Shown in pieces: positions 17,729-24,351 of a DNA stretch of 64,000 nt (within the stretch, counting starts at the first letter, position 1; every line of letters starts with the position of its first letter). The stretch spans positions 5,836 to 69,835 of the IMG/VR virus record IMGVR_UViG_3300032138_000012; one strand, given 5' to 3'. Made by a program: the position numbers and the translations under genes. Origin of the DNA: a virus (lineage: Duplodnaviria; Caudoviricetes). Under the pieces are notes generated by a model, which had not been told where the DNA came from, did not search any database, and saw only the letters and a program-made list of their open reading frames with translations.

Positions 17729-19191
17729 TAGTAGTATTTCCTCCTGTTATCCCTAATGCGCTCTTCGTCAGCAAAGTCATCCTTCAGTTCCACGTAGTAT
17801 CCCTGCCGATAGCGCATTAATGCCTGTGTTGTGCTATCAACGTAATCGTCATGGTCCCCAAAGGGAAATGCTGCACACTCCTCGATAACTTCTTCTGCCC
17901 AACGCCTGTCTACTGGAGCGTAAACCGCTCCTGATTCGAATATAGGTGCGACACTGTTTACCCTTGAGTGTTTATCATTTCCCTTCGACGGTGTAAAGTT
18001 AATTACGGGGACCCCCGCCTTTTGGAGCTCGTGGGTCAATGGAAGGCCGCTCGCCTTCGCTTCCACAAGCACCATTTCCGGCTCCCAGTACTTGTATTCC
18101 TCTTGCGCCTTGACTTTTAGTTCAGGAAAATTCCATCTTCCCCTCTTCGCGTCAAGAAGAATAATGCATGGCTTTCCACCCTCATTTGGCTGGAATACAC
18201 CCCATGTTGTTATGGCCGAGTAATCGGCTGTCTCTTTTGACGAGAACGCCGTGTCATAAGACTGTATAACATACTGCAGATCAGGAATCTTGTCACTGTC
18301 CCATTTTTTCCACCACTCACGCTTTATGAGCGCACCCTCCTCGGAGGTTGGTGCCTGCATCCACTGCGCGTTCCATTTGGTGACGGGAATGGACGCCTTG
18401 ACACGCATGAGACCGTCCAGGTCCCAAAAATTTCCCCACATGGGCTTGTCCTTGATGATGGCAGGAAACTCAACAACTTCCCAGTCATCCGTCATTTCAT
18501 TCTTGCCTTGGGCCTCGAGCAGCTTTCCAGTGAGGTCCTTTACGGACCATCTGGTCATGACCAGTACTATGGCTCCACCCGGCTGAAGACGCTGACGAGG
18601 ACCAGAAGTATACCATTCATAATGAGACTCAAGCACAGTAGGGCTAAGAGCGTCCTGTTCGGAGTGAGGGTCGTCAATAATGAGAAGATCAGCACCCCTA
18701 CCAGTAATAGCGCCACCGACACCAGCAGCAAAATACTCGCCTCCATGATTAGACTCCCAACGGCCTGCCGCCTTAGAGTCCGCTGCCAGTCCGACGCCTG
18801 GAAAAACTTTTTCATATTCCGTTGATTCTATCATGTTCTTCGCCTTGCGTCCAAACCTGATTGCAAGTTCTCCTGTATGCGTTGTCTGAATGAGCTTGGC
18901 CTTTGGATGACGGCCCATGAAGAACGCCGGAAAGAGATGTGACGCAAACTCTGATTTCGTGTGCCTTGGTGGCATGTTGACAATAAGCCTTTTAAGCTCA
19001 CCATTGGCAATACGATTAAGCTTTTCAGCATAGATCTTATGATGCTTTCCCTCAATGAACTCAGGCCAAACAGTCTTGACAAAAGTAAGAAAATCACCTT
19101 GAATCTTTTCACGCTTGTCATCCAAGGCATTCTTGAGAATCAACTTCAGCGTATTCGTATCTAAGGATTCTAATTTAGAAACATTTTCCAT
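17728..19191 (-). CDS. terL: Terminase large subunit
   Basis: Walker A-like LIVNMPPRHTKS, Walker B LLIIDDP, IVLVMTRW, nuclease motifs SYDTAFS..ADYSA and HDDYVDSTTQAL. Confidence 0.93.
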   Translation of the reverse strand: MENVSKLESLDTNTLKLILKNALDDKREKIQGDFLTFVKTVWPEFIEGKHHKIYAEKLNRIANGELKRLIVNMPPRHTKSEFASHLFPAFFMGRHPKAKLIQTTHTGELAIRFGRKAKNMIESTEYEKVFPGVGLAADSKAAGRWESNHGGEYFAAGVGGAITGRGADLLIIDDPHSEQDALSPTVLESHYEWYTSGPRQRLQPGGAIVLVMTRWSVKDLTGKLLEAQGKNEMTDDWEVVEFPAIIKDKPMWGNFWDLDGLMRVKASIPVTKWNAQWMQAPTSEEGALIKREWWKKWDSDKIPDLQYVIQSYDTAFSSKETADYSAITTWGVFQPNEGGKPCIILLDAKRGRWNFPELKVKAQEEYKYWEPEMVLVEAKASGLPLTHELQKAGVPVINFTPSKGNDKHSRVNSVAPIFESGAVYAPVDRRWAEEVIEECAAFPFGDHDDYVDSTTQALMRYRQGYYVELKDDFADEERIRDNRRKYY

Positions 19192-19374
19192 TTTTTAAAA
19201 ATTTTTTTAAGATTGGTATTATAACGTTTTTATACATGATTGTCACCCTCAGACTTGCCGAAGAAAAAATAAAAGAGTCCCACTTTCAAAGGGGGGGGGA
19301 TACCCCCAAGACTTTGCGGATTGCGGACAGTGTAGCGGGCGCGAGCCCTAGCGAGCGCGAGAGCCCGGGCGCCT

Positions 19375-19404
19375 GCGACAAAATGCCGCGCGACAAAGTG
19401 TCGC
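19375..19404. promoter_or_regulatory. Tandem palindromic operator-like pair GCGACA-N3-TG(C/T)CGC
   Basis: GCGACAAAATGCCGC (19375-19389) and perfect GCGACAAAGTGTCGC (19390-19404), upstream of terL. Confidence 0.5.
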
Positions 19405-19480
19405 ACCCCTACATCTTGTGTTGTATTCTTGCAACACCACTAAATACCCGGCCGACTTATCCACAGCTTATCCACAACTA

Positions 19481-19510
19481 ATTGTAATTAGCTATTGCTA
19501 TTACTGTCAA
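19481..19510 (-). promoter_or_regulatory. Sigma70-like promoter pointing toward terL
   Basis: TTGACA (19510-19505), N18, TACAAT (19486-19481); predicted start site falls in the DnaA-box pair at 19457-19476. Confidence 0.5.
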
Positions 19511-19549
19511 TTAGTTTACTATCATAATTAGAAATAGAAAGGACTACAT

Positions 19550-19819
19550 ATGACAAAGTCTGAATTCAAACGCAAGGTTGGAATGGGTTTCTTCTCTTGC
19601 GAGTGGCGTAATAATTCAGGGTCTATCTCTAAAGTTAAAAGAGGTATTCTTGGTGGTTATGCTTGGCGTCACACTAACAATCCAGTTCCAACCAATGTTA
19701 AAGAACATAATGATTATGTTCTAGCATTTAGGGTTGGCAATGGATTACTTCCAGAGCATAGAAGATGGGCAAATATCAACCCATTAACTGTTACGAAAAT
19801 CAACGGAGTTGCCGTATGA
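19550..19819 (+). CDS. Early-type hypothetical protein
   Basis: 89 aa, AAAGGA RBS; RRWANINPLTV motif recalls small SH3-like phage proteins. Confidence 0.65.
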   Translation: MTKSEFKRKVGMGFFSCEWRNNSGSISKVKRGILGGYAWRHTNNPVPTNVKEHNDYVLAFRVGNGLLPEHRRWANINPLTVTKINGVAV

Positions 19820-19992
19820 AATTCAATGTAATAACTTTAATTTGGTCAACAGCATTAGTGCTGTTGACTTTCCAATTATTTCTATTGGGTTATGATTGGG
19901 AATTCACAAACACAATCGTATATAAATTTGTTCTCTTATTGAATGGGTTTATGTTTGGTGTAGTAATAACAGATTGGACTACTAATGACTGA
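19816..19992 (+). CDS. Small two-TM membrane protein
   Basis: Start moved to MKFNVITLIW (ATGA overlap); two hydrophobic stretches. Confidence 0.55.
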   Translation: MKFNVITLIWSTALVLLTFQLFLLGYDWEFTNTIVYKFVLLLNGFMFGVVITDWTTND

Positions 19993-20275
19993 TAATTTAC
20001 CAATGATTACTTCAAATGGTACTGACATAGCACCTCTATTAAAAGAGATGATTGACCATTTAAAGTTAGAAAAAGAATTAGGCAACCTTGACAAGTTGGC
20101 TGATGTAAAAGTTCCAATGACTTCAAGTGCTGATTGGAAACTAATTTGCGGTGTGTTATGCAATTCAATAGTTGAATGGGCTTCACAAAACAGAAATGAA
20201 GGGGGATTAGAATTAATCAAGCATATGCAAGGTGATATTGGATACCTAGTCAAAAGATTGGGTCTAGTGGAATAA
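19985..20275 (+). CDS. Hypothetical protein
   Basis: 96 aa, overlapping start, followed by terminator. Confidence 0.6.
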   Translation: MTDNLPMITSNGTDIAPLLKEMIDHLKLEKELGNLDKLADVKVPMTSSADWKLICGVLCNSIVEWASQNRNEGGLELIKHMQGDIGYLVKRLGLVE

Positions 20276-20301
20276 GTAGTAGTCCACTTATAAACCACGA
20301 T

Positions 20302-20329
20302 AAAGGGGGGATTTTTCCCCCCTTTTTTT
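20302..20329 (+). terminator. Rho-independent terminator
   Basis: AAAGGGGGGA-TTTT-TCCCCCCTTT followed by a T tract. Confidence 0.85.
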
Positions 20330-20618
20330 ACGCCCAAATTCCAGGAAGTCAGGACTGATGTCCTGGCGTCCCGGGCGATCCAGGAAATAACTGGGGAAAT
20401 CATTGGAGTTTCACTTGGAGTTTGTCAGGAGCTTGAACGACAGGCGCCCCGGTCGTTTAAACCTGGCCTGTGGATAACCTGTGGATAAGTGTGGAGTTTG
20501 GGGAGTTTGTGAGAGGACTTACAGATATGACTACCATGCCTCTCATCTCAATATAGTCATTCATACGCTTCCTCTGAATATACTATACTAATATTGGGTG
20601 GGATATCACTAGGTAAAC

Positions 20619-20699
20619 CGTTTTAACACCCAAATTCTTATGCTCGAATTGTGGTAAAGACCACGCTTCTGGTCAGTTTCCTAACTGTTCCGCAAAACG
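20619..20699 (-). ncRNA. Candidate structured small RNA (multibranch fold)
   Basis: Closing stem CGUUUU/AAAACG around three hairpins: CAGUU-AGGA-AACUG, GUGGU-CUUU-ACCAC, AAUUC-N8-GAAUU; downstream of a sigma70 promoter with no ORF. Confidence 0.35.
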
Positions 20700-20731
20700 A
20701 GAAACAGATGTAACACTCTATTTCTATTCTC

Positions 20732-20760
20732 ATAATACTACGAATCCAAATTCAAAGCAA
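20732..20760 (-). promoter_or_regulatory. Sigma70-like promoter
   Basis: TTGCTT-N17-TATTAT; DnaA box 18 bp upstream of the -35. Confidence 0.55.
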
Positions 20761-21349
20761 CAGCCAATTCAAATATCTTGTGGATAACTTTTCCGTGAAC
20801 TTTTGCCCGGGCCCTGCGGGACATCCCATCATGGTCCTCGATCCGACTTCCCAGTCTTCCAGGAGTTTGGGAGTTTGAGCTGCATCAGCCCAGCAGCCAC
20901 TGGATAACCAGGAGCAGGAGCAGCAGCTTCAGGGGAATTAATAACATAAAAAACGGCACAATACCTCAACTTTCTGTAGCCTCTTCAATTGTATAACACA
21001 TCTCCTGTGAAGGCGTCAACCCGGGCCTCGAACTTTTTCGCGGAAAACCTGACCTTTTATACCAAAGGAAGTCCCGGCGCGCCCGGTGCGTCCCAGCTCC
21101 TGTCCTGAAGGCCAACAAAAAATGGCGGACTTCCGGGAGTTTGGGAGTTTGCGGAACGCTAACCAGGATCCCGGTAACCTGAAGGGTAATCCCAGCTCCA
21201 AAATAAATGGCGGAAATCCGGGAGTTTAAGAGATTGACATCTCGGAGTTTCCCGGCGCCCGCAGCGGACCCCGGGCGAACTTATCCACAGGTTATCCACA
21301 GGATACTCACAAGGGAGTTTGGGGAGTTTGAGCTCCCCAAATCTATGGT

Positions 21350-21556
21350 TTAATGTTCTTGTGGTCTAAATATATCTTTTATTTGTTGACCGAATCCTCT
21401 CTCGAGTTCCTCGGCTTGTGATTCTGCTCGCTTTGCGTTGCGTGTCATCACGGGAACAACCCCGTCATAATGACTCGCAATTCTATTTAATATGTCGTTG
21501 CTTTCTTCTAGGCTATTGGCAATCTTTTCCAATACCCTTATTAAATCTTGATCCAT
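21350..21556 (-). CDS. Small hypothetical protein embedded in the repeat region
   Basis: 68 aa, GGAGAA RBS, own promoter. Confidence 0.65.
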   Translation of the reverse strand: MDQDLIRVLEKIANSLEESNDILNRIASHYDGVVPVMTRNAKRAESQAEELERGFGQQIKDIFRPQEH

Positions 21557-21590
21557 AGTTCTCCATTTCTAATTCTTAATGAATTGTCTT

Positions 21591-21619
21591 ATTATACCAT
21601 TTTCTTATCCACAATGCAA
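21591..21619 (-). promoter_or_regulatory. Extended -10 sigma70 promoter with a DnaA box in the spacer
   Basis: TTGCAT-TGTGGATAAGAAAATGG(17)-TATAAT. Confidence 0.7.
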
Positions 21620-21884
21620 CATCTCTTTTAAATTATTTTCCTGTCAGGACTGGCTGCGTCTCCCGGGCCCCGGTGAAACAGGACAGGCATCTCGATCCAC
21701 GGATAAAATGGCGGAACTCCGGGAGTTTCGGAGCTTTGGAACGCCCGCTGCGTCTCCCGGGCGCCGGGCAACAGGATCCACGGATCAAAAATAAATGGCT
21801 GTTTTGCGGGAGTTTGGGAGTTTGAGAAAGTAACCAGGCGCCGGGCGCCCAGGACCACTGGGACTTATCCACAGGTTATACACG

Positions 21885-22292
21885 TTAATGGGGAGTTTGG
21901 GAGTTTAAGAGCTTGACAAGGTCCATGTCCGCGAGCCTTCCATGGTATAACCCGGGCACTTGGTCCAGGGTCATATGGCCTAGGTCCTTGGTTTTGCAGC
22001 CATGAAACAATTTGACCTCGCCTCCCTGAACCAGGCTAACAAGGATGTAGGACTGTGATCCCGCAACTGCGTGTTTCATATTCCAGGCAATTTGAAAGGG
22101 TGATAATGTTATTCGATTATTAGGTTGAGCTATCTTCAACTCAATTGTGAAAAATCCTGTGTCCCTGTGATAAATCAAACAATCCGGGAATCCTGGAGTA
22201 ACATAACTTTCAAGGCGTGAAACAATATAATTACCATCGTCTAATAACGTCTTTACACTCTTCCAAAAAGTTGTTTCCGGCTTTACGGTCAT
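21885..22292 (-). CDS. PD-(D/E)XK nuclease, VRR-NUC / resolvase-like
   Basis: E..FW..RLES..TPGFPDC..FTIELK..LSPFQIAW motif. Confidence 0.7.
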   Translation of the reverse strand: MTVKPETTFWKSVKTLLDDGNYIVSRLESYVTPGFPDCLIYHRDTGFFTIELKIAQPNNRITLSPFQIAWNMKHAVAGSQSYILVSLVQGGEVKLFHGCKTKDLGHMTLDQVPGLYHGRLADMDLVKLLNSQTPH

Positions 22293-22852
22293 ACTTTGTC
22301 TTGTCTTTTACTATCCTCTGCTTGTACTTCGGTGATGTCTTTAGGTCCTTCGCTATCGGATTCCTCTTCGACCGAAAGGACAGTTTTATTTCCTTCTTTT
22401 TTAAATTCACCTGTTAATCCTAACTCCTTTAGTTGTTTTAAAACGTCTTCACGGGACATAGAATCAATACTTCCTGTCCTGATTTCTTTGCGGTCAATGT
22501 ACAATCCTGCGGCCTGCCCTCGCAACCGCTCAGCGTTAACAGCAGCACTATAAGACTTTTCTTGTAGTGATTTCTCACGCAATCTTGCCAACTCCTGTAC
22601 ATGCTTGTTTAATTTAACCTCGTGTGTCTTTTCAATCTCAGCTCTTCGCTTGATAATAGCTTCTACAACCTTTGGGTATCTTTTACCATTTAATAGTTGA
22701 GAGGAAGTCACATTAGCTGATCCCTCTGAATATCCAGCCTGTCTTGCACATTCAGTTGGTGTCAACCTACCCTCATTCTCAGTGAATATCTTGACAAATA
22801 TCTGCTGCTTGTCAGTCAATCCATCAGCCCTGATTGGATACTTTTTTGCCAT
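22289..22852 (-). CDS. terS: Terminase small subunit
   Basis: LTDKQQIFV..TPTECARQAGYS..ANVTSSQLL HTH pattern and AAVNAERLRGQAAGLY; start moved to MAKKY. Confidence 0.75.
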   Translation of the reverse strand: MAKKYPIRADGLTDKQQIFVKIFTENEGRLTPTECARQAGYSEGSANVTSSQLLNGKRYPKVVEAIIKRRAEIEKTHEVKLNKHVQELARLREKSLQEKSYSAAVNAERLRGQAAGLYIDRKEIRTGSIDSMSREDVLKQLKELGLTGEFKKEGNKTVLSVEEESDSEGPKDITEVQAEDSKRQDKV

Positions 22853-22855
22853 ATT

Positions 22856-23049
22856 TGTGGCACCACTTGTGGCACCACTTATTCTTCTGTCTACCATCCG
22901 TAAACCCCTGGTATAGTTATATTTTTACTCATTTTATTTTCTAAAAAACAAAAAAGTGCCTTGCGTCGTCTAGAGTAGTGACACATAGGTGCCACATAAT
23001 AAAGCGTTGATATATAAGAATTAATCATCAAATGTGTCACTGTGGCACC
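22856..23049. repeat. TGTG(G/T)CAC motif cluster upstream of terS
   Basis: TGTGGCACCACT tandem at 22856 and 22868; inverted copies at 22978-22985 and 22988-22996; direct copies at 23033 and 23041. Confidence 0.55.
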
Positions 23050-23145
23050 AGTTTTGATCCCGGTACGAAAATAAAAAAAACATTTGAGCAAATATATCAC
23101 TATAGACGCCACATTACAAAATAAAAATTGACCGATTCCTGCCAT
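22891..23145 (-). CDS. Possible hypothetical protein
   Basis: 84 aa with a GGAAGGGG RBS-like sequence, but it crosses a motif-rich, probably regulatory stretch. Confidence 0.25.
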   Translation of the reverse strand: MAGIGQFLFCNVASIVIYLLKCFFYFRTGIKTGATVTHLMINSYISTLYYVAPMCHYSRRRKALFCFLENKMSKNITIPGVYGW

Positions 23146-23335
23146 TTCCCCTTCCTATCCATCCCCTGTTGATCAGTTGGTGCACGAATGCGTGCACATG
23201 GGCCTTGGACCGCGAGCCCATAAGCTGTTTTATCTCCTCATACGACGGGGCGAACGAATTCGCCTCAATGTAGTCCTTGATGAGATTGTACACCTCCAGT
23301 TGACGTGGTGTAAGTCCTTTCTTATTTCCTGTCAT
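23114..23335 (-). CDS. LexA-type winged-helix DNA-binding domain only (no peptidase domain)
   Basis: LTPRQLEVYNLIKDYIE....PSYEEIK..G.RS...VH..V..L..RGWI.R....RSI matches the LexA N-terminal domain. Confidence 0.75.
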   Translation of the reverse strand: MTGNKKGLTPRQLEVYNLIKDYIEANSFAPSYEEIKQLMGSRSKAHVHAFVHQLINRGWIGRGNGRNRSIFIL

Positions 23336-23741
23336 ACGTATTGTCACGCCTCCCCGGAAACTCATTGTATCCCTTGGCATCCGGATTGGGTCCGTAGTTC
23401 TTTCTTACATGCCTGTGCATCTCAGAGTTGCCCCACTCATTTATGACCTCACTGGTGATTGATTTTTCAAGGGTGTCCTTGAGCTGCTTTTCGCTCTCGT
23501 CCAGTTCCAGCCGCTTCGGTGCGTTCTTGCGAACGTACGTTGATATCCTTGACCACGTGATTATTATGCCGCTTTTCTTTGGCCTGAGATAGCCCTTTTC
23601 CTGGTCCAGGCGTGGAAGTTCCTCCTCCTTGTCAAAATGTTCCTTTATGAATTCAAGCACGTCCTCATCCTTCTCAAACTGCTTGACCACCTTCTCGATG
23701 ACCTTCTTGTCCTGCCACAGGTTAATCTCGTACGTTGTCAT
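23322..23741 (-). CDS. Hypothetical protein
   Basis: Start moved to MTTYE (AAGGAG RBS); charged. Confidence 0.6.
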   Translation of the reverse strand: MTTYEINLWQDKKVIEKVVKQFEKDEDVLEFIKEHFDKEEELPRLDQEKGYLRPKKSGIIITWSRISTYVRKNAPKRLELDESEKQLKDTLEKSITSEVINEWGNSEMHRHVRKNYGPNPDAKGYNEFPGRRDNTYDRK

Positions 23742-24094
23742 TACTTGAATTTCTCCTTGAAATACGGCAATAGCCATTTGTTGTCACGAAACACCTGGGC
23801 AAGGCCATTGGTGATCGTATTGATCACCACTTCCTCCTTGTTCTCGCTGTCCAGTGGCTGTCCACCCTGCGTGAGTGAATTGATGTATGCCACCCCGTGA
23901 AGTATCTCATGCAGCAGCGTGTTCGCCTCATCAAGCGGTGATAACCCATTTTGTATGGTTATCTGGTTCTTGCGGTGCTCATACTCGCCGTAGCAATCGG
24001 ATTGCTTCTGGAACGTGGACGTATCACGCTCGATTCTTATGTCCTGATAGCCAATTTTTATTTTCCTTTCCATCAGTTCAGCTTCTCGTTCCAT
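23741..24094 (-). CDS. Small HExxH zinc metallopeptidase-like protein
   Basis: YGEY..RKNQITIQ..TLLHEILHG..EE.V motif (ImmA/IrrE/SprT-like zincin). Confidence 0.7.
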   Translation of the reverse strand: MEREAELMERKIKIGYQDIRIERDTSTFQKQSDCYGEYEHRKNQITIQNGLSPLDEANTLLHEILHGVAYINSLTQGGQPLDSENKEEVVINTITNGLAQVFRDNKWLLPYFKEKFK

Positions 24095-24351
24095 TTGGCC
24101 GACGCCTCGGCGTACTTCTTCTGCATCTCGGCTTCATCAGTGCTGTGAATGTCAAATCTTATTTTCTGTCGATCGGCGTGTCCCTTGGCAAACTCATCAA
24201 TGATTTCCATGAGCATGAGCGTTGGAAAGGTAACGCCGTGGACTTTCACGGCTGTTACCTTGTTCAGCGTCTGGTCAAAGGTGTCACCCTCACGCTCACA
24301 GTCATTCAGAATCTTGTTCATCCTTGACGCCGCCTCTATCAGCTCTTTCAT
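24073..24351 (-). CDS. Hypothetical protein
   Basis: 92 aa, coupled to neighbours. Confidence 0.55.
   Translation of the reverse strand: MKELIEAASRMNKILNDCEREGDTFDQTLNKVTAVKVHGVTFPTLMLMEIIDEFAKGHADRQKIRFDIHSTDEAEMQKKYAEASAKWNEKLN

Larger units (their letters stand above)
21120..21815 (+). repeat. 23-bp repeat AAATGGCGGA-NN-TCCGGGAGTTT
   Basis: Copies at 21120-21142, 21205-21227, 21706-21728; same-length variant at 21793-21815. Confidence 0.75.
19457..21884. repeat. Array of consensus DnaA boxes (TTATCCACA)
   Basis: Perfect 9-mers starting at 19457, 19468, 21281, 21292, 21605, 21865 (+) and 20469, 20480, 20779 (read TGTGGATAA); near-match TTATACACG at 21876; pairs have an 11-bp period. Confidence 0.85.
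20405..21906 (+). repeat. Co-oriented GGAGTTT heptamer repeats (iteron-like)
   Basis: 16 copies: 20405, 20417, 20493, 20501, 20862, 20870, 21136, 21144, 21221, 21244, 21314, 21323, 21722, 21809, 21817, 21892 with a partner at 21900 counted in the last doublet; mostly GGAGTTTGGGAGTTT doublets. Confidence 0.8.

Noticed and set aside
19236-19481. 81-aa ORF upstream of terL
   Set aside because: Crosses the G-run, operator pair and DnaA boxes; no RBS; likely non-coding
21579-21872. Three 71-79 aa ORFs, and 21016-21201, over the GC-rich repeats
   Set aside because: Translations simply mirror DNA repeats (PGA/ETQ); they overlap in several frames and have no RBS
19457-21906. CRISPR array or mini-array in the repeat region
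   Set aside because: Repeats are 7-23 bp, irregularly spaced and nested, without constant-length unique spacers; no cas genes (the Cas4-like exonuclease is an ordinary phage nuclease)
21234-21918. TTGACA at 21234 and 21913 as promoters
   Set aside because: No -10 element at 16-18 bp; both follow GGAGTTTAAGAG and appear to be part of the repeat unit
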